Source: an uncultured Acidobacteriota bacterium (lineage in GTDB: Bacteria > Acidobacteriota > Thermoanaerobaculia > UBA5066 > Gp7-AA6). From it: 64,000 nt of DNA. The stretch lies in NCBI GenBank assembly GCA_963764715.1, contig CAVXTP010000022.1:352001-416000 (forward strand), given 5' to 3'. Position numbers and translations under genes: made by a program. This document shows positions 19,058-27,923 of the stretch, in pieces (position 1 is the first letter of the stretch; every line of letters begins with the position of its first letter). The notes under the pieces were generated by a model, which made no database searches, was not told the DNA's origin, and saw only the letters and a program-made list of their open reading frames with translations.

Positions 19058-19726
19058 CTATGGTCCCGCGAGGTAGTCGCGGACGAGCTTCATGTCTTCC
19101 CAGACGTCCTTCTTGCGCTCGGGCGAGCGCAGCAGGAAGGCCGGGTGAAAGGTCGGCATGACGCGCGTGCCGCGCGCCGCGCGCCAGCGGCCGCGCAGGC
19201 GCCCGATCGGCTCGTCGGTCTCGAGCACGGCCTGGGCCGCGAAGGTTCCGAGGGTGACGATCGCCCTCGGCGCGACGAGGCGGATCTGCTCCTCGAGGAA
19301 CGGGATGCAGGAGGCGACCTCGTCGGCCTCGGGATTGCGGTTGTTGGGCGGCCGGCACTTGAGGACGTTCGCGATGAAGACGTCCTCGCGCTTGCGGCCC
19401 ATGGCCTCGATGATCTTCGTCAGGAGCTGGCCCGCTCGGCCGACGAAGGCGAGGCCCTGCTCGTCCTCGTCGCGTCCCGGCGCCTCGCCCACGAACATGA
19501 GGTCGGCCTTCGGATTTCCCTGGCCGAAGACGATGTGGGTCCGGCCGCCCGCGAGCTTGCAGCGCTGGCAGTTCTCGAGGAACGTGGAGAGCGACGGCAG
19601 GTCGGGCATAGAGCCCGGGGAGAGGGGCGCGTTGGCGGGTGTCGCGGGCGTCGCGGGCCGGTCGACGAAGAGGTCGGTGACGCCGAGATCGCGGAAGAAC
19701 TCGAGCTCCGGCCGCGAATCGTTCAC
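19058..19726 (-). CDS. Uracil-DNA glycosylase family 4 (4Fe-4S)
   Basis: [33 protein letters not shown]. Confidence 0.95.
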   Translation of the reverse strand: MNDSRPELEFFRDLGVTDLFVDRPATPATPANAPLSPGSMPDLPSLSTFLENCQRCKLAGGRTHIVFGQGNPKADLMFVGEAPGRDEDEQGLAFVGRAGQLLTKIIEAMGRKREDVFIANVLKCRPPNNRNPEADEVASCIPFLEEQIRLVAPRAIVTLGTFAAQAVLETDEPIGRLRGRWRAARGTRVMPTFHPAFLLRSPERKKDVWEDMKLVRDYLAGP

Positions 19727-19732
19727 GGCCCG

Positions 19733-19744
19733 AGTCTATAGAAT
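19733..19744. promoter_or_regulatory. Back-to-back divergent -10 hexamers (TAGACT minus, TAGAAT plus)
   Basis: AGTCTA|TAGAAT lies 6 nt from the udg GTG and 7 nt from the methyltransferase GTG in a 25-bp intergenic gap. Confidence 0.7.
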
Positions 19745-19751
19745 CGCCGGC

Positions 19752-20435
19752 GTGAGCGCCTCGCCGTCCACATTCGAACGCGCGAAGGCGCGCTACCGCG
19801 ACGCCGATGTGGCGGAAGGTTACGATTCGTGGCGGTACGACTCACCGCGCGGCCGCCGGCGCAACGCGCGCGACCTCGCCGCCATCGGGCGGGCACTCGA
19901 CGAGGCGGCCCGCCGGGGGGCGCCGGTGGGCGAGGCGCTCGACCTGCCGTGCGGCACCGGGCGGCTCGCCCCCCTCCTCGCCGAGCGGCGGATCGCGGCG
20001 TCCGGCGCCGACGTCGCGATCGAGATGCTCCGCGTCGCGCGGCGCAAGCTCGGCGCGGATTTTCCGGTCTTCCAGTGCAGCGCGGACGCCATTCCCCTCG
20101 CGGACCGCTCGCTCGACGCGGTCTTCGCGATCCGGTTCCTCTTTCACCTCGACGCCGAGGGCCGGCGGCGCGTTCTGACCGAGATGGCGCGGGTCTCGCG
20201 GCGGTGGGTCGTCGTGGACATCCGGCACCGGTACAACCTCCGGTGGCTCGGCTGGAACGTCCGGCGGGCCCTGGGCCTGCTTCCGGGGATGCAGCACCGG
20301 TTCTCGCGGCGCGGGCTCGCCGAGGAGATGTCGGCGGCGGGCCTCTCGGTCCGCGGGATCTATCCCTCCCGGCGTTACCTGGGCGGCTGGCTGTCGGACA
20401 AGTGGACCGTGCTCGCGGAGCGCGCGACCCCCTGA
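19752..20435 (+). CDS. Class I SAM-dependent methyltransferase
   Basis: LDLPCGTGR motif I, GADVA, IPLADRSLDAV, RFLFHL; 3' end overlaps the coaBC 3' end by 61 bp. Confidence 0.88.
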   Translation: MSASPSTFERAKARYRDADVAEGYDSWRYDSPRGRRRNARDLAAIGRALDEAARRGAPVGEALDLPCGTGRLAPLLAERRIAASGADVAIEMLRVARRKLGADFPVFQCSADAIPLADRSLDAVFAIRFLFHLDAEGRRRVLTEMARVSRRWVVVDIRHRYNLRWLGWNVRRALGLLPGMQHRFSRRGLAEEMSAAGLSVRGIYPSRRYLGGWLSDKWTVLAERATP

Positions 20436-21628
20436 GACCGGCGCGCGGCGACGAGGGCGTCGAGGATTTTCTCGGCGACCTCGCGCTTGCTCCGGCGTGA
20501 GACGGCCTCGCGCCCGCCCGGGGCCGTGAGGATCAGGACCTCGTTGTCGGCCGCGTCGAAGCCGATGCCCTCGCCGCCGACGTCGTTGACCACGACGAGA
20601 TCGGCGCCCTTCTCCTCCATCTTCCGCCGGCCCCGCGCCTCGAGGTCTTCGGTCTCGGCGGCGAAGGCCACGACCGTCTGCCCGCGCTTCAGGGGCCGGA
20701 GCGAGGCGAGCAGGTCGCGCCCCGGCGCGAGCGGGAGGCTCCGCGCGCCGTCCGCCCGATGGAGGCGCGCGGCGCTCGCCTCCGGGATGAAGTCGGCGAC
20801 GGCGGCGGCCATGACGAGCCCGTCGGACTCCGGGAACTCGCGGAGCAGGATCCCGGCGAGGTCGTCGGCGGTCTCGAAGCGCAGGAGCCGCACGCCCTCG
20901 GGGGGCGTCAGGTCCGTCGGCCCCGTGGCGAGGGTGACGCTCGCGCCGCGGTCGCGCGCGGCGGCCGCGATCGCGTGGCCCATCTTTCCGCTCGAGCGGT
21001 TGGAGACGAAGCGGATCGGGTCGATCGGCTCCCGTGTCGGGCCGGCCGTGACGAGCAGGCGCAGCCCCGCGAGGTCCCGGTGCGCTCCGGTCGCGAGCGT
21101 CCAGGCCGCCTCGACGATGGCGTCGGGCTCGCTCATGCGGCCCGGGCCGGACTTTCCGGAGGCGAGCGGCCCGGCTTCCGGCCCGACCGTGCGCACGCCG
21201 CGGGCGGCGAGCGTCTGCACGTTCGCCCGGACGGACGGGTGGGCCCACATCGCCGACTCCATGGCCGGGGCGACGAGGACCGGGCCCCGATAGGCCAGGA
21301 AGAAGGTCGACAGGAAGTCGTCGGCGAGGCCCTGCGCGAATTTCGCCAGCGTGTGCGCGGTGGCGGGCGCGACGACCAGGAGCTCGCAAGCTCCTGCGAG
21401 CTCGACGTGATCGACCGCCGGCGTGTTTCCGCTCCCCCAGACCTCCGTCAGGACCTCGTGCCGGGAGAGGGTCGAGAATGTCAGCGGCGCCACGAACTCG
21501 CGGGCGCCCCGCGTCATCGCGACGCGAACGTCGGCGCCGCGGGCGGTCAGTCCCCGGAGGACCTCGACGGCCTTGTAGGCGGCGATTCCCCCGCTGACAC
21601 CGAGAAGGACGCGCGGGGGCGTGCTCAT
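20375..21628 (-). CDS. coaBC: Bifunctional phosphopantothenoylcysteine decarboxylase/synthase
   Basis: LGVSGGIAAYKA, APATA, PAME..MW, TAGPTREPIDPIRFVSNRSSGKMG, AAAVADF, FAAET. Confidence 0.96.
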   Translation of the reverse strand: MSTPPRVLLGVSGGIAAYKAVEVLRGLTARGADVRVAMTRGAREFVAPLTFSTLSRHEVLTEVWGSGNTPAVDHVELAGACELLVVAPATAHTLAKFAQGLADDFLSTFFLAYRGPVLVAPAMESAMWAHPSVRANVQTLAARGVRTVGPEAGPLASGKSGPGRMSEPDAIVEAAWTLATGAHRDLAGLRLLVTAGPTREPIDPIRFVSNRSSGKMGHAIAAAARDRGASVTLATGPTDLTPPEGVRLLRFETADDLAGILLREFPESDGLVMAAAVADFIPEASAARLHRADGARSLPLAPGRDLLASLRPLKRGQTVVAFAAETEDLEARGRRKMEEKGADLVVVNDVGGEGIGFDAADNEVLILTAPGGREAVSRRSKREVAEKILDALVAARRSQGVARSASTVHLSDSQPPR

Positions 21629-21650
21629 GGAAACCCGGAACGGGAGGAGG

Positions 21651-21908
21651 CTAGCGGGCCGCCTCTTCCTCGACGAGATCGCTCTCGGCCGACTCCTCGC
21701 CCGGCTCCTCGAGAACGCCGCCCTCCTGCCCGAGCCCCCAGCGGATCTCGTTCGCCTCGAACTCAACGGCCGCGAGCCGCGTCGGCTTGAGCGGCCGGTC
21801 GGTCTCGAGCTTCGGGCGCGCGCCCCGCATGAGCTGCTCGGCGCGGCGCGCGATCAGGAGGACGAGGCGAAACTTGCTGTCCACACCGGAGGGCATGTTC
21901 TGGATCAT
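21651..21908 (-). CDS. rpoZ: RNA polymerase omega subunit
   Basis: DSKFRLVLLIARRAEQL..GA; gmk-rpoZ-coaBC order. Confidence 0.93.
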   Translation of the reverse strand: MIQNMPSGVDSKFRLVLLIARRAEQLMRGARPKLETDRPLKPTRLAAVEFEANEIRWGLGQEGGVLEEPGEESAESDLVEEEAAR

Positions 21909-21925
21909 GGTCTTCTGAACCCCTT

Positions 21926-22549
21926 TTATCGGAAGTCTTTGCGGAGTCGCTCGAGGACCCGCGCCTGCCGCGCCGGCGTCAACCTCGCGGCGCGGACCAC
22001 GGATTCTAGCTCAAGACCGGCCCGATCGAGGTCATCATTCACGATAACGTATTGAAAATCCTCGGCTTGCGCGATCTCCTTGGCGGCGTTGATGAGCCGT
22101 TTTCGGATCGCGTCCTCCCCGTCCAGGCCGCGTTTGCGGAGCCGGCGCTCGAGCTCCTCGCCCGAGCTCGGGACGATGAAAATCGAGACGGCCTCGGGAT
22201 ACGCCTTCCGGATGTCCCGCGCACCCTGGACGTCGATGTCGAGGATGACGTCCTCCCCGGCCGCCAGCCGCGGCAGCACTTCCGACTTCGCGGTCCCGTA
22301 GAAGTTCCCGTGCACCTCGTTGTGCTCGAGAAACTCCCCGGCGCGGGCCATCTTTTCGAACTCCGCGGCCGACACGAAGTGGTACTCGCGGCCGTCGCCC
22401 TCCCCGTCCCGCCGGGGCCGGGTCGTGTGGGAGATGGAGAACCGCAGGGGCTCGCCGGGAGGCTTCGCCAGGAGACGCCGGATGAGCGTCGTCTTGCCTC
22501 CCCCGGACGGAGACGAAACGATGAAGAGATAGCCGCGCGGCGCCGTCAT
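21926..22549 (-). CDS. gmk: Guanylate kinase
   Basis: SPSGGGKTT, SHTTRPRR, HGNFYGT, DIDVQGA. Confidence 0.97.
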   Translation of the reverse strand: MTAPRGYLFIVSSPSGGGKTTLIRRLLAKPPGEPLRFSISHTTRPRRDGEGDGREYHFVSAAEFEKMARAGEFLEHNEVHGNFYGTAKSEVLPRLAAGEDVILDIDVQGARDIRKAYPEAVSIFIVPSSGEELERRLRKRGLDGEDAIRKRLINAAKEIAQAEDFQYVIVNDDLDRAGLELESVVRAARLTPARQARVLERLRKDFR

Positions 22550-23436
22550 TCGACGTTCTGGATCTGCTCGCGGATCTTCTCGACCTCGGCCTTCATGTCG
22601 AGGATCTCGCGGGTCGACGCCAGGTCCCGGCTCTTGGAGCCGAGCGTGTTGAGCTCGCGCAGGATCTCCTGCGTCAGGAAGTCGAGCGTCTTGCCGACGG
22701 CGTCGGAGGACTTCGCGAGGAGGCCGTCGAACTGGTCGAGGTGGCCGTTCAGCCGCTGCAGCTCCTCGGCGACGTCCGCGCGGTCCGCGGCGAGGGCGGC
22801 CTCCTGCTCGAGGCGCCCCGGGTCGATGGGCGTGTCGGGAAAGAGCGTCTTCACCCGCTCCCGGATGTTCGCCGCCAGGTTCCGGGCGATCTCCTCGCGC
22901 CGGCCTCCGAGCACGGCCGCGCGGGCCCGCAGCAGGGCCACCCGGGGCGAGAGGTCGGCGGCGATCGCGGCACCCTCCGCCTCGCGCATCTCGACGAGGG
23001 CCCGCGCCGCGCTCCGGGCGAGGCCTTCGACCGCGGCGATCTCCTCGGGGGCGAAGGTGTCCTCGCCCGCCTCGACCGCCACGATGCCCGGCACCGCGAG
23101 CAGGTCCCGGGCCGCCAGGCGTCCCTCGATCGGGTACTTCCGCGCCAGCTCGGAGACGCGCGACAGGAGCCCCTCGAGGAGCTTCTCGTCGACCCGGATC
23201 TCGGAGCCCGACGGGGAGCTGCGCCGCAGCCGCACGGCCACGTCGACTTTTCCCCGGTGGAGCTCGCGCCCGAAGACCTTCCGCACCGCCGGCTCCAGGG
23301 CGGCTTCGGCCTCGCGGGTCTTGACCGTGAGGTCGAGGAACCGGCCGTTGACGCTGCGGGCCACGACCTCGGCGGTCCAGTCCTGGCCGACCGGCCCGCG
23401 GGCCCGGCCGAAGCCCGTCATGCTTCGGAGAGTCAT
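22546..23436 (-). CDS. yicC: YicC/YloC family endoribonuclease
   Basis: SMTGFGR, SVNGRFLD, EELQRL..H, GKTLDFLTQEILRELNTLGSK, REQIQNVE. Confidence 0.95.
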   Translation of the reverse strand: MTLRSMTGFGRARGPVGQDWTAEVVARSVNGRFLDLTVKTREAEAALEPAVRKVFGRELHRGKVDVAVRLRRSSPSGSEIRVDEKLLEGLLSRVSELARKYPIEGRLAARDLLAVPGIVAVEAGEDTFAPEEIAAVEGLARSAARALVEMREAEGAAIAADLSPRVALLRARAAVLGGRREEIARNLAANIRERVKTLFPDTPIDPGRLEQEAALAADRADVAEELQRLNGHLDQFDGLLAKSSDAVGKTLDFLTQEILRELNTLGSKSRDLASTREILDMKAEVEKIREQIQNVE

Positions 23437-25307
23437 GGGCCGGCCGGCGCGGGCACGGCCGGCTCGCTCTCTCCGAAGTACTGCATGTCGTGGAGCCTGC
23501 GATAGAGGCCGCGCCGAGTCAAGAGCGCCGCGTGGCTGCCCTCCTCGACGATGCGGCCTCCGTCGAGCACGAGGATCCGGTCGGCCCGCCGGACGGTCGA
23601 GAGCCGGTGGGCGATGACGAGCGTCGTGCGCCCCTGCATCAGGTTGGCGAGGGCCCGCGCGACGAGGGCTTCGGACTCGGTGTCGAGCTGCGAGGTGGCC
23701 TCGTCGAGGATCAGGATCGGCGCGTCCTTGTAGATCGCGCGGGCGATCGCGAGGCGCTGGCGCTGGCCCCCGGAGAGGCGCTCGGCGCCCTCGCCGACCG
23801 CGGTGTCGTAGCCCTGGGGAAGCCGCTCGATGAACTCGTCGGCGCAGGCGGCGCGCGCGGCGGCCCGCACCTTCTCCTCCGGCGGATCCGTCGCGCCGTA
23901 AGCGATGTTCGCCCGGACCGACGTGTCGAAGAGGATCGTGTCCTGCGTGACGAGGCCGACCTGCCGCCGCAGCGAGGCGAGGGTCGCGTCGCGCAGGTCG
24001 ATTCCGTCGAACGTCACGCGGCCGCCGAGCGGATCGTAGAGCCGCGGCAGCAGGTTGACGAGGGTCGTCTTCCCCGCCCCGGACGGGCCGACGAGCGCGA
24101 CGGTCTCGCCGCGGCGGATGACGAGGTCGACGCCCTCGAGCACCGGCTCGGCCCCGTAGGCGAAGGTCAACTTCTCGTAGGCGATCGCCTTCGCGAACGG
24201 CGCGAGCTCGCGGGCGCCGGGCCGCTCGAGGATCTCGTTCTCGGCGTCGACGACCTCGAAGATCCGGTCGGCCGAGGCGAGCGCGACCTGGAGCACGATG
24301 TTCGTGCGGGTGACGTCCTTGAGCGGCTTGTACATCATCAGGATCGCCGCCAGGAACGAGAGGAGCCCGCCGACGGTCATGACGCCCGAGCGGATCTGCC
24401 CGGCCGCGTAGATGAAGATGACCGAAAGGCCGATGCCGGCGAGGATCTCCATCAGGGGCGAGTTGAGGGCCTGGAGCCGGATCGACTGGCGGCTCGCGGC
24501 GAAGTAGCGGCGGTTGGCCTCGCCGAAGCGCTCGGCCTCGAAGTCTTCCATCGCATACGTCTTGATGAGGCGGTGGCCCCGGAGCGTCTCCCCGAGCAGC
24601 GACCCCATCTCCCCGATCCGCTCGCGCGCCGAGAACCCGGTCCGCCGGAGCCGGCGGAAGTTGGCGACGATCGGGACGACGAGCAGCGGCGCGACGACGA
24701 GGACCGCCACCGCCAGCCGGAAATTGAGCGAGAACACGTACAGCAGGACGAGCAGCATCGTGAGGATGCCCTGGACGAAGTCGGCCATGCGGGCGCCGAA
24801 GGCGGTCTGGATCTGCTCGGCGTCCGAGAGGAGCCGCGTCATCAGGTCGCCCGAGGAGCGCTCCGAGGAAAAGCGGGTCGACTGCCCGAGGAGCGAGCGG
24901 TAGGCGTCCCCGCGCAGGTCGCGCACCATCGCGAGGCCGATCGAGTTGAGGGCGAACTCCGAGAAGTAGGCGAACACGTTCTTCACGAGGAGGGCCGCGA
25001 GGAGGAGGAGCGGGACGGCGAAGCGCGGATCGAGGCCGGCCGAGCGCGCCACGGCGACGCCGGCCGCGTACGCTCCCTCGAGCCAGCGCAGGAGCGGCGC
25101 GGTGCGGGCCGAGGACCCGGCCGCGGCGACCCCGGGCAGGGCGTCGGAGGCTCCCGCGCCGAGCACGTCGTCGATCACCTTCTTCAGCAGGAAGAGCAGC
25201 GCGACGGTCGCCGCCGACACGACGACCATGGCGAGGAGCGCGAGGCCCGCCCGGGCCCGGTAGCGGCCGAAGTACGCGAGCAGGCGCGGCAGCGTCTTCA
25301 TCTTCAT
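23433..25307 (-). CDS. msbA: Lipid A export ABC transporter (MsbA-like)
   Basis: TMD plus NBD (GPSGAGKTT, LSGGQRQR, LDEATS); coupled to lpxB. Confidence 0.85.
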   Translation of the reverse strand: MKMKTLPRLLAYFGRYRARAGLALLAMVVVSAATVALLFLLKKVIDDVLGAGASDALPGVAAAGSSARTAPLLRWLEGAYAAGVAVARSAGLDPRFAVPLLLLAALLVKNVFAYFSEFALNSIGLAMVRDLRGDAYRSLLGQSTRFSSERSSGDLMTRLLSDAEQIQTAFGARMADFVQGILTMLLVLLYVFSLNFRLAVAVLVVAPLLVVPIVANFRRLRRTGFSARERIGEMGSLLGETLRGHRLIKTYAMEDFEAERFGEANRRYFAASRQSIRLQALNSPLMEILAGIGLSVIFIYAAGQIRSGVMTVGGLLSFLAAILMMYKPLKDVTRTNIVLQVALASADRIFEVVDAENEILERPGARELAPFAKAIAYEKLTFAYGAEPVLEGVDLVIRRGETVALVGPSGAGKTTLVNLLPRLYDPLGGRVTFDGIDLRDATLASLRRQVGLVTQDTILFDTSVRANIAYGATDPPEEKVRAAARAACADEFIERLPQGYDTAVGEGAERLSGGQRQRLAIARAIYKDAPILILDEATSQLDTESEALVARALANLMQGRTTLVIAHRLSTVRRADRILVLDGGRIVEEGSHAALLTRRGLYRRLHDMQYFGESEPAVPAPAGP

Positions 25308-26449
25308 CGGGCGAGCGGGAACGCGTCGGTCGTCATTCCGGCGGAGCGCCCGACCGCCGAAAGCACGAGGTCGGCCGCGCGGGAGCTCGCGCCGGGCGGC
25401 CCGAGGGCCTCCGCGACCCGGGCCAGGCCGGCCTTCATCTTTTCGCGGCGGACCGGCGAGGAGAGGATCGCCTCCCCTTCCCGCTCGAGGGCCTCGGGCG
25501 TCAGCCGGTCCTGGAGCAGCTCGGGAACGATCTCCTCGCCCGCCACGATGTTGACGAGCGAGATCCAGCGCAGGCGGACGAGGGCGCGTGCGATCGCGTG
25601 GGAGAACCCGGAGGTGCGATAGACGACGATCATCGGCGCGCCGCAGAGGGCCGCCTCGAGGGTCGCCGTCCCGGAGGCGACGAACGCCAGGTCCGCCGAG
25701 GCGAGGAGCGGATGGAGACCTCCCGCGACGACGCGGATGCCCCGCTCGGCGGCGCCCTCGAACAGCGCGTCGGGAAGGCCCGGCGCCCGCACGGCGACGA
25801 GCTCGAGGTCCAGCCGCCGCGCCAGCCGCGCCGCGGCCTCGGCCATGTCCTTCCAGTGGCGCTCGAGCTCCGCGTGGCGGCTGCCCGGCAGGAGCACCAG
25901 GCGGCGGCGCGTCTTTGGCGGGAGCCGCGGGCCGGCGGCGAGGCCCTCCCGGACGTCTTCGACGAGCGGATGCCCGGCCCAGACCGCGTCGGCGCCGAGG
26001 CGCCGGTAGATCTCGGTCTCGAACGGGAAGAGCGTCACGATGCGGCGGGCGCGCCGGGCGATCGCTCGCGCCCGCCAGGGCCGCCAGGCCCAGACCTGGG
26101 GCGGGACGTAGTAGACGATCGGCACCCGGTCGCGGACGAGGCGCCGCGCGAGGAGGCCGTGGAAGTCGGGAAAGTCGATCAGCACGGCCGCGTCCGGGCG
26201 GCGCCGGCGCGCCTCGGCGTCGAGGTGACGCAGCGCGCCGCGCAGGGCCGGGAGCTTCTCGACGACCTCGGAGATGCCGACGACCGACAGGGCGTCGGAG
26301 GCGACGACCCGCTCGAGCCCGGCGGCGGCGAGGCGCTCTCCCCCCATTCCGAAGGCGGTCAGGTCCGGGCGCGCCGTCCGCAGCGCCGCGAGCAGCCGCG
26401 CGCCGTGGAGGTCGCCGGACGCCTCGCCGGCGGAGATGAGGAGGTTCAC
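25304..26449 (-). CDS. lpxB: Lipid-A-disaccharide synthase
   Basis: AGEASGDLHG, IDFPDF, PQVWAWR, GHPL, LPGSR, SGTATLE; GTG start chosen (ORF track offers TTG at 26485). Confidence 0.95.
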   Translation of the reverse strand: MNLLISAGEASGDLHGARLLAALRTARPDLTAFGMGGERLAAAGLERVVASDALSVVGISEVVEKLPALRGALRHLDAEARRRRPDAAVLIDFPDFHGLLARRLVRDRVPIVYYVPPQVWAWRPWRARAIARRARRIVTLFPFETEIYRRLGADAVWAGHPLVEDVREGLAAGPRLPPKTRRRLVLLPGSRHAELERHWKDMAEAAARLARRLDLELVAVRAPGLPDALFEGAAERGIRVVAGGLHPLLASADLAFVASGTATLEAALCGAPMIVVYRTSGFSHAIARALVRLRWISLVNIVAGEEIVPELLQDRLTPEALEREGEAILSSPVRREKMKAGLARVAEALGPPGASSRAADLVLSAVGRSAGMTTDAFPLAR

Positions 26450-26533
26450 GGCTTCAATACTCGGCAGTCGGCCGTCCCCAGTCAACAGAGGATGCCGGTC
26501 TTTCGCGGGACGGCCCGGAGCTTTCGGCGCCCT

Positions 26534-26725
26534 CTACCTCGGAAACGGATACATCAGCCACGCCACGGCGAGCCCGCCGAGGACGAGGGAGCCGAGGAGC
26601 GTGCCGAAGAGCTTCCAGCGCTCGCGCCGGTCTTCGCGCCAGAGGAGGGCGAAGAACGCCGAGACGAGCAGCGCGTAGAAGCACATGATGAGGAAGTGGT
26701 CGACCGGAAGCAGGGCGGCCATCAT
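26534..26725 (-). CDS. Small two-TM membrane protein (63 aa)
   Basis: MMAALLPVDHFLIMCFYALLVSAFFALLW...WLMYPFPR; ATGA overlap with upstream gene. Confidence 0.75.
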   Translation of the reverse strand: MMAALLPVDHFLIMCFYALLVSAFFALLWREDRRERWKLFGTLLGSLVLGGLAVAWLMYPFPR

Positions 26726-27117
26726 CGCTTCCTCCCCGACGCGATGTCCCACGCGTCCAGGACGAGGAGCAGGTTCATCAGCCCGCTCGTCAGCAGGTAG
26801 GCGCAGCCGTACTCGTAGGTCGTCGCGAGGATCGCCCCGCCGGGGTTGTCGGAGAAGAGCCGGGCGGCGATGTTCAGCAGGCCCGCGCCGTAGACCGCGA
26901 AGGTCGCGAGGATCGTCAGGGGCTGTCCCGCCTCGACCGAGTACAGCCTTCCCTGGAACGAGAGGCCGGCCACGAACGCGAGCGTGACGATCAGGGCGAA
27001 GGCCGCCGCGGTCCGGCGCCGCCCGAGGTAGAAATGGCCGAGGCCCGGAACGAGCCACGCGAGGGCCATCGCGAGGTACGGCGAGCGCTCGCGCGCGGGG
27101 GCGGCGGACTCGGTCAT
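26722..27117 (-). CDS. Membrane protein (DUF6677-like)
   Basis: LAWLVPGLGHFYLG, EYG..Y...SGLMNLL..LDA; ATGA overlaps at both ends. Confidence 0.75.
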   Translation of the reverse strand: MTESAAPARERSPYLAMALAWLVPGLGHFYLGRRRTAAAFALIVTLAFVAGLSFQGRLYSVEAGQPLTILATFAVYGAGLLNIAARLFSDNPGGAILATTYEYGCAYLLTSGLMNLLLVLDAWDIASGRKR

Positions 27118-27605
27118 CGCGCGGCCTCCGCGAAGAGGGGCGCCAGCCGCGCGCGCGTCGCGCCGAGCTCCTCCGGGACGACCCGCACTCCGGCCGCGAC
27201 CGTCATGAAGTTCGTGTCGCCGGACCAGCGCGGCACGATGTGCACGTGGTAGTGGCCCGCCACGCCCGCGCCGGCCGCGGACCCGAAGTTGACGCCGACG
27301 TTGAGGCCGTCGGTCCGGTAGTGCTCCACCAGGATCTTCTGCGCCCGGGCCACCGTCGCGATCAGGTCCGAGAGGGTCTCGGCGCTCGAGTCCGAGAACC
27401 ACGCCTCGTGGGCGTAGGGAGCCACCATGACGTGGCCGTTGGTGTAGGGGTAGCGGTTGAGCATCACGAACACTCGGCTCCCGCGGGCGACCACCAGCGA
27501 CGACGCGTCGTCGGGGGCGGCCGCCGCCTGGCAGAAAATGCACTTCGGGTCTTTGTCCGACACGAGGTACTCGTAACGCCAGGGGGCGAACAGAACTTCC
27601 GGCAT
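27114..27605 (-). CDS. HIT family nucleotide hydrolase/transferase (Ap4A phosphorylase-like)
   Basis: APWR, CIFC, LNRYPYTNGH, GAGV..HYHVHIVPRW.GD.NFM. Confidence 0.92.
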   Translation of the reverse strand: MPEVLFAPWRYEYLVSDKDPKCIFCQAAAAPDDASSLVVARGSRVFVMLNRYPYTNGHVMVAPYAHEAWFSDSSAETLSDLIATVARAQKILVEHYRTDGLNVGVNFGSAAGAGVAGHYHVHIVPRWSGDTNFMTVAAGVRVVPEELGATRARLAPLFAEAAR

Positions 27606-27880
27606 TACCGGTTGATCAGTTCCTTCAGCTCCTTGCCCGGCTTGAAGTACGGGATCTTCTTCGCGGGGACCGAGACCTTCACGCCGGTCTTCGGGTTGCG
27701 CCCCATCCGGGCGCCGCGCTCCCGCAGGCGAAACGAGCCGAAGCCGCGCAATTCGATCTTCTGGCCTTCCTTGAGGGAGCGGACGATCGCCTCGAACACG
27801 GTGTCGACGATCGCCTCGGCCTGCTTCTTCGTGACGTCCGTCGCCACCGCCACGCGCTCGATCAGTTCGGCCTTCGTCAT
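27605..27880 (-). CDS. HU/IHF-beta family DNA-binding protein
   Basis: MTKAELI, IELRGFGSF, GRNPKTG, PYFKPGKELK; follows rpsA as ihfB usually does; SD GAGGAG. Confidence 0.95.
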   Translation of the reverse strand: MTKAELIERVAVATDVTKKQAEAIVDTVFEAIVRSLKEGQKIELRGFGSFRLRERGARMGRNPKTGVKVSVPAKKIPYFKPGKELKELINR

Positions 27881-27923
27881 CGATCTCCTCGCGGCCCGGC
27901 GGGCACCGTCGCCCGCCGTCCGG

